64,000 nucleotides of DNA from Felis catus (lineage: Eukaryota). Below, in pieces: positions 51,827-64,000 of this stretch. Position numbers and translations under genes: made by a program. The stretch lies in contig NC_058368.1 of NCBI RefSeq assembly GCF_018350175.1, positions 114,640,001 through 114,704,000 of the forward strand, written 5' to 3'. The notes beneath the pieces were generated by a model. That model was not told the DNA's origin, ran no database searches, and was given only the letters and a program-made list of their open reading frames with translations. Numbering within the stretch: position 1 is the stretch's first letter; every line of letters starts with the position of its first letter.

Positions 51827-52139
51827 CATATTAATCATTTTTCAATCTAAGACACACACACACCCCATATATGAGAAATTGGCCAATTCAGGGTGCTCAA
51901 ACAAATTCCAGCTTCGAAAATTCAAAACCAGGACCAAACTCTGAACTATGAAGGACACTACTATCAAAGCCTTGCCGTGTGGGAGGTCCCTTTTGAGCAG
52001 CCACCAACTTCTGTATAACCTCAGTACTGATGCCAAAACCTTTTTTAGCTACATTCTCCAGACATTTATTAACAAGATCTCATTTCAATATTTCTACTTC
52101 TACTTGAAGCAAACACAAAACTACATTATCAAAACAAAT

Positions 52140-52890
52140 GAACTCATCACTAATCACCAGGGTAATGCAAATCAACACACAAAAACACTTCACACCCATT
52201 AAAATAGTTACCATCAAAAAACAAAATAACAAGTGTTGGCAAAGACATGAGAGATATTGGAACCCTATGTCTTGCTGGGTGATGTTAAATCACACAGCCA
52301 TTATGAATAGCAGCATGGCAGTCATTCACATAAACACAGAATTACATCACCTAGCATTGCCACTTCTGGGTATATACTCCAAAGAGTGAAACTGGGAACC
52401 AGATACTTAGGCACTAATGCTTACAGCAGCAATGTTCACAACAGCCAAAAGATGGCTAGAATTCCTACGTCCATCTATCCATTTGATGGATCAATAGTAA
52501 CACAAAAAAGTGGTACATATATACAGTGAAATATTATTCAGCCTTAAAGGAAATTCTGACACATGCTACAATCTGTATGAGCCTTGAACAATTTATGCTA
52601 AGAGAAATAAGTCATATACAAAAGGACACATACTGTATGATTCCACTTACATGAGGTTATCTAAGAGTAGTCAAATTAACAGAGACAACAAGAACAGTGG
52701 GTTGCTGTGACTGGGGGGAAGGGGAAATAGGGTGTTTGTTGTTTAGCATGGTTTCAGTTTTCTAAGATAAATAGAGTTCTGAAGACTGGTTGCGTAACAT
52801 TGTGAACGTATTTTTAACACTACTTAACTGCATAAATAAATTGGCCAACATGGTTAAATTTCATGTTGTGTGTACTCTGCCACAATACAA
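52140..52890 (+). mobile_element. Old L1 ORF2 end + 3'UTR
   Basis: ORF 52138-52389 MQINT..HFTPIKI.TIKKQNNKCW is L1 ORF2-like; GAAATATTATTCAGCCTTAAA, TGTATGATTCCACTTACATGAGG. Confidence 0.85.
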
Positions 52891-55109
52891 AAGCTAAAAG
52901 TTCATTTATGATAACACGAAAATTTAAAGCACACATTCTCTTTAAATTAGGAGTTCTTGGGGGCACTCTACAATAAAATGTAGAGAAAACCTTTATCCAC
53001 AGGTATCTGAAATTTTAAAATGTCTGGAAAAATATCTTCATATAGTAAAATTAATCCCGCAAATTTGTTTTTTCCCAGTATTAATGTTGGAAAGGGACCT
53101 CATTTACATAAGACCTTGCCCTTTTAAAGTCTTCTAAGTGGTAAATCCCTCAGTTCCCTTGCAATACAAGTTTTCTCTGTAAGCAGACAAGCTGCCTATC
53201 TAGCCCTTCCAACTATCAGAATAGTTACATTCAGATTATCAGCTTATTTTCTATCTTTGAAACTGGCACTGTTTCTGTTGGGGTTTCTATTTAAAACCCA
53301 GAAGGTCAGTTCATAACCTTTGTGATACTTTCCTCAATGAACTACAAGTTGATCAATGACAAATGACAGTACCTGGTAAAGTATATGGTGTGTGCTCTGC
53401 TGCCACCCCTTGGGTAGGGGAACAAGTATTCTAGCCAAACCAGAGAAGCAAGCAAATTTATGAGGAGCAGCTTTACTTGGCATCACAAACACAATCAAAA
53501 TGATCATAAAACAAAACTGCTTCAGGACAATCCTTTGCTCATGCACACACAAACACACATTAAGTCAGGTGTATCACTCTCTAAAATGTTTTTCATTTTA
53601 ATGTTCACAATACAACTACATAAAAGGAATTTTTCTAAACCAGGAGAAGGTGCCCAGAAATAAAAAATTCTACATAAAATTCTACCTGTGGCCATGTTCC
53701 AGTTTCTGAACTAGATGGAAAAAGAATTCCCAAATGAAACAAATGGTTATCTTCAATTACAAAAAAAAGAAAAATGCTCTTTACCGTCAGTGAGTTCGTT
53801 GGATCCTATTTTTAAGCAACCAACTGTAACAAACTGCTTTTCTTCCAGTAATTTATCTTTCTAGGTTTCTAAAAAGGAAATTTCCTAAGAACCTTTCAGA
53901 TAAGTCTTTAACAGAGTTATGTCAAACACTATAGGCTAAGGGGGAGAAGACTTTGCTTTCATAGGGACTGGAAACATTAGACACGTAAATTTAACTTCAA
54001 ACATGGTCTCTACTGTAGTTGCCATTTACCTGTCTCTAAACAGGGGCTGTCAATTTATGCACAATAGGAAAATGTACAAAATGGGGAAAAAAGAAGATAT
54101 ATATGAGAAGTTTTAATATGGACTTTACTAGCTTGTGCTTATTCTCAGATTAACAATTCTCAAAAGAACGTATTTCTCTATCCCACGGGCTCTTGGAATC
54201 TTTAGGGATCAAAGGAGTTATTTCTCAAAAGGGCTCAGTTTTTAAAAGCTGACGTGCTCTGATTTACAGAGTAGTTTCCTAGGAGATGGAACTAGCAAAG
54301 AGGCAATCAGGGAATGGAAAGAGAAGGGGCTCCAAGGATAGCAGGGGTGAAGGGAAGTCAACAGGCACCAGACCCCAAAGGATGGAAAATTTAAGGCTAA
54401 AGAGGATGTTGGGACAAATTCACTGAGTGAACCCAAAATGCCTGAAGGAAATCCTTAAAGCAAGATAATCATGCAGAGGACAAAGCAATGACCTTAAGAT
54501 AAGCAGCTATTTACTTTCCACTGCAGATAGGTTAAGAAGATAAGCATTCATTAAGCAACTTTGCTGTTATAGCACCAGAGTTGGACAACCAACCTTGCAC
54601 TTACAACCATGTAACATTCTACAGGACAAAGTAATGAAGACACCTGAGAACATTATCTTGCCATAGGTTTCCACTTAAGTAATTCAGAAATGTAGCTTGC
54701 AAAACAAAAAAACAAACAAACAAAAAATTCTACCAAGTTGCTAAATCTGAAACACTACTTGAAAGTTAGTTTTGGCCTCCTACTCCCTTTGAATTTTGAT
54801 TAATGCTCAAAAAATGACCTTTCACTAGTTTCCCCTTTACGTCTCTCTCTCTCTCTTTCCTAGGTGAGGGGGAGCACCTTAAATTTTTGAATTCATCTTT
54901 ATTAAATGGATGGCCTCTATTTTAAAATTTAAAGGCTACTTGATAAGATCTGAATTTTTTTTTTATGTTGGGTTTAACAGAAGCATATTTAAGTTTTACC
55001 AGGAAAGTTTCCAAACAAAATAACCGCTCATTTACCCCCAAGGCAAGCCACTCAAGGTCGCTAGACCAGTTTGTGTAAACACAAAAATAAAATCAAGGAA
55101 GTTGAATTT

Positions 55110-55315
55110 TCCTTTTTTCCTTTCCTTTTTTTTTCTTTCAGAAACACAGAACAGGGGAGGGGCAGAAAGAGAGGGAGAGAGAATCCCAAGTAGGCTCTGC
55201 ACAATCAGTGTGGAGCTGGACCCCGGGTTCAAATCAAACTTGAGAACTGTGAAATCATGACGTAAGCCAAAATCATGAGTTGTACACTCAAATGACTGAG
55301 CCATCCAGACTCCCC
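55110..55315 (-). mobile_element. Can-SINE
   Basis: GAGAATCCCAAGTAGGCTCTGCAC core. Confidence 0.8.
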
Positions 55316-57078
55316 AAGGAAGCTGAATATTTCAAAGTAACCCGAATAACCCACAGGGAAGAACAAGAAGTAAAACTCTCACCAAGGAGTTGCTGGCTAC
55401 ATATACAAACTACTACTTTTTTAAATTTAAGAGTTTTCATGTACTGGTCTGCTTTGCCACTATATCCTTTTTCAAAAATCAAAAGGCTCTCATTTAAGAG
55501 TTAGTGAATTATAAGGCACAGCAATGATTCACATGCAGGTTGTAAAAACTGGGCAAAGCAAGACAGACAATACACAACAATGTGCCACATAGGGCTCCCA
55601 GGGGCTTCTGCTCTTAGATTCCTTCTTGTTCTCACCATTTTAGGGGCATTTTCCCTTATCAAAGAAGAGTTCATCAATGCTTTCAGAGACTAACTTCTGA
55701 AAGTAAAATATTTGGGAGACAGAAGGAAGTAGTAGTTGTAAATAGACTAAATGCAGACAGTAAATAAAACTAGACAAAACTCAGGAAGGAAGAGAATTTA
55801 AATAAAGAGCTGACAGCTTTTCCTTCCTTCAGTCTCAAATAGATGGTTGAAGGAAAAGTTTCTCTCCCTAAGATGAGAGGTTATGATAGTGCCACCAGTT
55901 ATCCATCCAAGGTTTTGTGAATCCTGAGCACTATTAACACAGAGACATTTATAAGGTTACCTGAAGTACCAGAACTATAATGTATTTCAGGAAGAAAATG
56001 CAAGGTAATCAGAACAAGCCTGGACTATGGGATGTGTGTAAGTTTAGGTCTCAGAATTCCAGCCTTTGGATTCAAGGTACCTTCTGATGAATGACACGCA
56101 GAGAAAATCTAGGCACTCTTTCACTTGTAAAGAGCTTATTAAGATTCATCAATAATGCTCAAGAACATTTTAGAAAGGTAACTGGAAAAAGAAAAAACCT
56201 CATAGTTCAGTGACCTATTTGCATGAGAACCCTGAATCTCTGGAAAATTTTCTAAAGGAGCAAAACAAATGCTCAGCAACAAAAATTTCCCCTTCCTCCA
56301 CCTTGATTCCATCACTCCCCCAATAGGGACAGTGATGGTGGTGGTGACTGTGATTAAGAGGGAGTCTCAATTTTCAGAATGACTGATTCCAACAGAATCA
56401 GCATCACTTCTGATGTGTAATTAGGGCTGAGAATCACTGGTTTGGCTAGCTTTCTGCGTCTGCAAGAAGGATCTCTTGGCCAGCTGAACTCAAATTCCAT
56501 GACCTCATCCACACCTAAAGAAGATCAACTCACAGAACCCACCTGCAGGAGGTAAGATGCTGTCATTTACCCTTCCTGGCAGCAATACAACCACAATGAA
56601 TTGTCCAACTTTTCCCAGATAGAACACAAATGTCCTGCTACCCCTCTCCTCACTCTTACGTAATGGAACTACTTTCAGGCTAGGAACCAGAACACTTTAG
56701 AGACTGCCTATAATACTTTGTAATTACGATTTAGAGTATGTGCTCACCAAGGAGCTTTCATCTCAATGTTTGATGGAGTCGTGCCTAGGATATGGATGCC
56801 CAAGGCTTCCCACCATCCCCTTTTCAAGCTCAAAAAACTCAAATCTCAGTCAAATCATTTCTGATAATTGCCAAGCTAGCCACATTATATGGATCACCAG
56901 CTGAAAAATCATTGAGTTCCTCTCCAATTTCTACTGCCTTTGTCTGTATTTCTTATTCACCATGGGGTTTCTATTTTTCTTTTACCAAACATACCAAGTT
57001 TAAACTTTGAGACTACAGCAGTCTTTCTGATATGGGTTTAATATGGGAACAGAGTAGGAGGCTGGTTAGGAGCACAGA

Positions 57079-57193
57079 TTTTTTTTGAAGATTTTTTATT
57101 TTTAAGTACTCTTTACGTCCAATGTGGGGCTTGAACCCATGATCCTAAGATCAAGAATCAACATGCTCTTCCAAATGAGACAGCCAGGTGCCC
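57079..57193 (-). mobile_element. Short Can-SINE (TSD AGGAGCACAGATT)
   Basis: TSD and head CAGCCAGGTGCCCC. Confidence 0.85.
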
Positions 57194-60100
57194 CAGGAGC
57201 ACAGATTGGACCTCAGTTTCTACTTTCTTCCCAAGGTCATGAGGGTTCTGTAATACAGGTGAAGTACCTAGCATGGATAGCAGATAGTAAGTGCTCATTC
57301 AAAGGTACCCAGATGGAACTGTAGCTCCATGTACTCTACCCCTCTGCTCTTTAGTAGTATAATCAGAAAGAATTAACATGATAGCAAGCACAGTTTGGGG
57401 GGGGGGGAGGTATTTCAGATGGTGGTAAGTTTTATTTGAATCTGAGTAAGTCCAGCGATAAAAGCTGACTTTGTGGTAGGCAACTACCATTCTTAGATTA
57501 CAGGATTTATCAAATCTTCCAACAGAACAAAAGAACTAAACCAAAAATGCAGTTCAAATTAATATAGCTAGAGCAGGAGCAATTTTGTATAAAGAAAAGC
57601 AGAAATCCTTTCCCCCTCTAACACTTTAAATAATTTTATTATACAAAAGCTTAAGTAGCTTTATCCTACAGCTATGGCATGGTTCACGTTATTTTGATAT
57701 AACCCAGAGTTAGCCACTACTTCTGCCTAGTTGTCAGTCACTTCAAAGATCTAACCCCACTTTCTCTTCCATCAAGTATCAAATAGTAAGATAACATGTT
57801 GCTTACACTAGGTCTATAGAAGCTTCTTAAGGGCACAAATCATTTTAGCACATGAATCTGATGAATAAACAAATGGTTAATTCTTAACATCAGAAAGAGG
57901 ATCTTCTATATTTGGTCTCCTCTAGGCAAACACCAGAGATTTATTCTAAACTATCATTTAAAACTTTGCTAGTCTTTGGAGAGGAACCAACATTTGCCTA
58001 GAAATGACTAAGTGTCCCAGCTTTCGCTTCATTAAAAAACCCAAATCACTCCATTAGTCTTTAAACATAACAAAACCAAATACTTCCAAAGTGTCTTCTT
58101 TTGCTTAATTTTGTTCATCCTGAACTTGATGCCCTGGCCCCTCATCATCTATGAGGCAGATTGGAGGTGGATGGGCCTGCCTTTTATAAACAGCTCAGAG
58201 AATACCAAACTAGGAGGGAGGATTCTATTACTGTTCAAAAGACTAAACAGAATTACCAGAAGTTGGTTTATGCAATTGACCTTAGGGTCAGAAGCCATTA
58301 CCAGATGGGACAAAGTCCAAGATCTGAATATACTGAGACATTAAAGCAGCTTCTACAGAGAAAAGAATAACTCACATGTCCCAAAAATTTCCAGCAGAAA
58401 GCTTACAAAGGTTCATTTTAGTATTTTACCCTCAAAAGCACTACAATTACTTAGTCACCCAAAACAAAAATGTATATATCTGATGCCTTTTTATACAATT
58501 ACAGGCATTCATTTGGTCTTAAAAAGAAAAATTTTAACAACTTCACAAAGTTAACCTAGTGGAATATTCCACCAGGGAGCAGCAGAAGCTGGAAAATTTC
58601 TCTAGTAGTCTCACATCAAGGCAAAGCCTACAGGTATCAGTCACAACCAGCATTAGGCGCCAGTGTTCTACAAGGAATCCTAGAAATGAGATAGTTCACC
58701 TGATGTTTCTTTACCACCACTGTAAGTACTTTTCACATAAAACAGAAGCCACTGCCTTCTTCTTACTGTTCTAATACACAAAATAAAATTCTGTGGAAGG
58801 ATTTAAACCCAAGTTACTTCCCTCACCAGCGATGCTCATTAAGAGTAAATATGTTTGGTACTCAAGTTCTTCCTTGGGTAGATTTGCAAATAGCATGTCT
58901 GTTTTACTTTTATCTTTGCTCCTGGGTCTCAGCACACCTGCTCCCTCTAGTAAAATGCAAATCTCCTTGGACAAGAGTCCTCCTTTCAGAAGGGAATGGG
59001 AGATGTTTCTACTTAGCAAAGAAATACCAATCAAAGAGGAAGGCAGCGTGGTATAATAGGATCACAGGCTTTGAAATCAGGAAAGGAGGAACAGAAAATC
59101 CAGCACTGCCCCTCACCAGGGTGGGGCGTGATGTTAGGCAAGCTACTTAATCACTCTTTATTTCAATTTTTTCATCCGTGAAATGGCAATAGTTTCCTCA
59201 CAGAATTGCTGTGAGGAGTCAAAATGTAGGCTATTCACCTCATCTTTAGAAAACTAGTTTTATTAAAACACATCTCAGCCACGAACCTCTAACCCTGTCT
59301 TTCCTGAGAATTCTCTTTGCTTAAATGGAGTCATTAAGCCCAGAAGATGCCAGAAAATAGGAGCCAAGAAAGGAAGAATATTTTTTAGTAAAATCTAAAA
59401 ACACCCAGAGGTATTAAGGAATTAATGTTTGGGGATCAGCACTTTTCATTACTTGCAAATGAAAGTTTATTTAGGTTGAAAGGCAAACTGTTGGGACTGT
59501 CTTAAGCTTTGTCATGCCAACTTTACGAACAAGGCACACATGCACAAATGCTCTGTGCTATTTCAATACCCTGACAGCTCACCAACCATCAACCAACACA
59601 AAGCTCTTGGATCTAATTTTAGACTAACTGGCTTTCAATCAAAAATGAATTTCAATTACAATTTCAAAGCCATAGAGCAGTTACAGCTTCACTCCATCAC
59701 TGTATCAAAGATACTGTATCAGCCAAATACTACTGCCCAAGGTAACATTCTATGACAGTACCTGCCTTGCCTAGGAAATCTGCCTGAGTAGCTATACAAC
59801 CTTTTTTGGTATCTGATAATGTCCAACACCTCATTCTAGACCCTAATCATCATCTTACAGCACACCCCTCTTCAACATGTACTGTGTTATTCTGTACTTA
59901 CTAACATGGGTCTGGAAATGGTTCATATAATCAATTCAGGGTTGTGTGTCAGACCATGTTCTCACTGCATTACACATTTATTTCAAAATGTCCAGTGTCC
60001 AACCTACAGATATTTAAGTTTGTAAGCTAACTGGTTAGTAGTAAAAATGCATTTGTAGGCTTCAATTTTTATATATCTAGAACTCTGGATGTGAGCTTGG

Positions 60101-60634
60101 AGAAATATCTGATTTAGAGGGCCACAAATGTGGCAGGGAAAAAAATCTTTTGTTTTGACTAAGAACATTCTTCTCAAGGAGACCTTAGAGCATCAAATGA
60201 AAATGTGAAAACAGAAGAGCACAGGCACAATATCCCCAAGTTAATCTGCATGACAAGAGGTAGTTTTCAGGCATCTGAAGACAGCAAGTCCTCTGAACTG
60301 GATAGGAAGGATGGGGACAAAAGACAAAGCATACACTGGATGTAAACTTCATGTTTGAAAACTGCTGTTAATTACATACAAATTAAGCAGACTGAAAGAG
60401 CTGGATTAAAGCACAGGAAACACGATCAATGTATAACATGTAAGAATCAAATCTGTTTTCATCTTTGTATCTGTAAGAGAATAATGAAATTATGGCTTGT
60501 AAAAACTCAATTATGTTTTGGGGTAGGTGAGAAGAGAGTAAAAAATTATTTCTCTTAATTTTCATTCACTGATACTCAGAGAAAGAAAAGGTATCTGTTC
60601 AGAAAGTGACAAAAATAAGAAACAAGGAAGTTTC

Positions 60635-61280
60635 CTTTTTTTTTTTAATTTTTAATGTTTATTTACTTTTGAGAGAGAGCAAGTGAGCAAGCGAGGGCAA
60701 GCTGGGGAGGGGCAGAGAGAGAGGGAGAGAATCCAAAGCAAGCTCCAGGCTCTGAGCTGTCAGCACAGAGCCCAACCTGGGGCTTGAACTCAGACCGCAA
60801 GATCATGACCTAAGCTGAAGCTGGATGCTTAACCAACTGAACTACCCAGGCACCCTGAGAAGTCTCCATTCTTAATACAAAGCAGGCAAAGGTTTAAAGT
60901 GTGTCCAGTGGCATTAGATAGAGAGCTGTTATCAAAGGAAACTTCATGCTCTTTGGGTAAAGTGCCCACAAGAAACCTAATTTCCAACCTGCTGGAAAGA
61001 AGGGCCTCAAAGCCCTCTCTCTAATACCTCTCCCCCTCATTAAGGTAACAGATTGCTGAGGGGCACCTGGGTGACTCAGTGGGTTGAGCAGCTGCTTTGG
61101 CTCAGGTCATGATTTCGTGCTTTGTGGGTTTGAGCCCCACATCAGACTCTGTGTGGCTAGCTTAGAACCTAGAGCCTGCTTTGGATTCTGTGTCGTCCTC
61201 TCTTTCTGTCACTCCCTTGTTCGTGCACTCTCTTGCCTCAAAAATAAATGTTAAAAAAAAAAAAGATAACAGGCTGCTGA
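60635..61280. mobile_element. Can-SINEs - 60635-60856 and + 61039-61264 (head to head)
   Basis: Cores and tails; near-TSD AAG(G/A)TAACAG..TGCTGA. Confidence 0.88.
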
Positions 61281-62334
61281 AGAATTAATAGACACCTATA
61301 GAATGTATCCTACAAAAAGGTTCTATTCTGAGATCCATAGAGAACACGCCAGACTCTGAAGAAATTTCTGCTGTTCTAATTCTTAGTTTCAGCAGTGGGT
61401 CTAGGGAAAAGAGGCAAATTTTTCCTTCGGACTCTTCAAATAGGATGTAAGACCATTCAGCTCTGCTCCCAAACTTATTTTAAGTTTTCTCACAAGAGAA
61501 CATCCGGCACAAGGGGCCACACTGAGCACACCCTCAAACTCCAAGCTTTTAAGAAAAAGAGCCCTCTGATAAAAGGTTCCAACTGGTCTGTGTGTATGGG
61601 GGTGGGGGGGAGACACCTATAATCCACACTGCATTTGGCCTTAAAAGTTACTCTAATTAGACACTTGTGCTTACCTAGGAGTGTGTCCACAGTAAGCCTT
61701 CCCTTCCTGGAAGGATAAGTATATCTGCTACTACAATGAGAAGTCTGTCAAGGATTGAAATTCAAAGACAGTAATTGTTCGTTAGGTTCACAGTGCATAA
61801 AACATTATTTCTGAATCAACAGCTGTTAGAACTAGTTCTGAGTTGAGGCAGGCAACCAATGACACTCAGGAGTGCATGAAGGCTACCACACCCTATCAAA
61901 TATCTTCTCTTCCCTTTTTTCTCTTCTCATGGCTCAGACCTGTTGGTGGCATTTGTATCCTGACCTCTTACTAAGAGGCTAAGACCTCTGTCTGTAGTTG
62001 TAATTTAGTCTACGTTCATCTCTTCTCAAGAAATTAAAAACATTCTAATTTTTGACTTTTTTTTTACCTAAGTAAAAATAAAAGTATCTAAAATTCATGG
62101 CTTTGAGAACATCACACATGTCATTTAGGTGAATGTTCTATTAACCAACAATTTTCACTTGGGGAAGGTATTCAAACACATTTAATATACTTTACTCGAT
62201 TCAAATCATATTCATAGCCTGTCCAAATTATTTGTCTGTAAGGTTAAAAAAAAAAACCTATTCAACAATCTCACAAAATTACTTTTAATTCAACATAATG
62301 TGAAGAATTTTATAGAGATTTATTAAAAGAAGGG

Positions 62335-63030
62335 TTATATGGTATAAGAAATGTATGTGGTTTTCGTCCACAGCTTTTGACAAAGATTCTGAAACCCTTA
62401 GAATTTCCTAGGTTATGGAAGGTTTTTGTTACTCACAAGGAGTCTCTAAAGAGCACACCAGACTTATTAATGAAGTGACTAAGGGTGGGTCTCAGAATGG
62501 GGTGGGGGTCACCAGAAAGGCCAGGTAACTACCTGAGGGTTAGAACTTTCAGCTCCATCCAAAGACCTCTGGGTAAGGTTTGGGGCATGGAAGGAGGGAC
62601 AATCTGCAGATTAAGTTTTATAACGTCTTGAACAAGATTTAGTGAACTTCTGGGTTGGTTAACCTAGGATGTATGCCCCAGTTCCACAGGGACAGAAGCT
62701 CCTATACTCAGATGCTTCTGGACCTAACCCTAAGTACTCTTCATTTGTATCCTTTATAATATATCAGTAAATCTAAGTAGAGTATTTCCCTAAGTTCGGC
62801 GGGCCATTCTAGCAAATCATTAAGCCCCCAATTTAAAGCCTGTAGGTCAGAAGTAGGGGAAGCCCAGACTTACCACAAATGGGGGCAGTCTTATGGGACT
62901 GAACACTTTACCTTAGGGGATCAGATGATAAGTTTATGTAATACTAGAATTAAACTTTAGGACACTCAGCTGTTATCCTCTAAGACTGGAAAAATGCTTG
63001 TTGTGGGACCCTCTTCCCAATTTGGTTTCA
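62335..63030. mobile_element. Solo LTR (MER21-like) in the long ETF1 intron
   Basis: AAACCCTTAGAATTTCC...GGTCACCAGAAAG...TAGAACTTTCAGC...GGGGGCAGTCTTATGGGACTGA; family by eye. Confidence 0.6.
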
Positions 63031-64000
63031 AAGAAGCTATATTTTGGGAAAGAAAAGACAGTGATGTATATAGCCAAATTATTTCTATTTTCTTCAAAGT
63101 CAAAATATCTACAAGTTGTTTTTTAATAAACAGGAAAATTTAAAAATGCCAAAGACCACTACAGAAGACCTAAAGTTTACAAACTGTGCAGATCTTCAAA
63201 CAAGGGTTATTTGAGCCTTCATTATTTCTGACATATACAAGGTTCCCTCATCAAAATAAGTGAAAAAGTATTCTGACACCTACAGATGCAATTTAGCCCA
63301 AACTAACCTCGTCTCTCACATGTACCATTGTCCTTAGCTATAACAGGCTCTGGCAATGATTTTATTACCTGAAAACTATAAAGCTTCCATCCTTATTTCT
63401 GGGGCTATTTCTTGACGGTTCAAAAAAACATTAGCAAGAAAAAAACAACCCACCCCCCAAAAATTTCCCACCTACCTTTCTTGTAACATTATATTCCACT
63501 TGCTTTAGTTCCTTACCCAGAATACCCACAACCACAGTTCCATTCACATGGCTCTAGTTCCAGTTTTGGCTTACATACACATTTGTCCCCATTAAGCCAA
63601 CAATGGAGAATCATAAACCAGGAAGAACTTCCACTAACATTAAATGGGACTATGTATACCAAAAAAAGTGGCATATTATTTAACACACACACAGAAACTA
63701 ACATTCAACTAAACTTAGATGATACTAAATAGGTCTGTTTCAGCTAACTTAAATTTAAGTTATATGACTAATACTTCTTTCAATTCAGAAAATTAAGTAC
63801 ATTGTGGGCTACAAAAAGACTCCTGGCCAAGTTCCCTATGTTAGTCATTTTGGCTCTTATAAATGCTCTTCCACAGATATGACAATATTAAAAGGCTGTT
63901 ATAGCTTAGATTACAATTTGAGTCAATCCAGCCTTATATTTTTTGAGAACATTTAATATATCCACTGCACTGTGTAACACACTAGTTCAAGCCCTGGGCT

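Noticed and set aside
63513..63704. 63-aa minus-strand ORF ending at a donor-like GG|GTAAGG, considered as the missing first ETF1 coding exon
   Set aside because: Does not encode the eRF1 N-terminus (MADDPSAADRNVEIWKIKK...), which must lie outside the window

Overview
Mammalian genomic DNA from a carnivore, very probably a cat-family species (dense feliform-type Can-SINEs). It holds two convergent protein-coding genes. (1) A complete two-exon EGR1 on the + strand (CDS 7557-7857 + 8563-9893, 543 aa, three C2H2 fingers), with a CpG-island promoter carrying CArG/Ets serum-response elements, CRE-like sites and an EGR site, and a 3'UTR ending near 11135. (2) The 3' nine coding exons of ETF1 (eRF1) on the - strand (50966 down to stop 42237; NIKS, YxCxxxF and GGQ motifs intact), with a ~2.2 kb 3'UTR; its first coding exon lies beyond the right edge. 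The ~29 kb between the genes is mostly SINE/L1/L2/MIR/LTR sequence, apart from a SINE-free block around an orphan CpG island at ~28.1-28.65 kb. I see no wholly new gene system. The best leads are regulatory: a triplicated CArG-like+Ets module in the orphan island (candidate distal EGR1 enhancer) inside a convergent CTCF-motif pair; a start-stop uORF and an open non-AUG extension frame in the EGR1 leader; and a 41-codon open frame right after the eRF1 stop (candidate readthrough or downstream ORF). Repeat boundaries and families were judged by eye. ETF1 exon numbers follow the human structure from memory.
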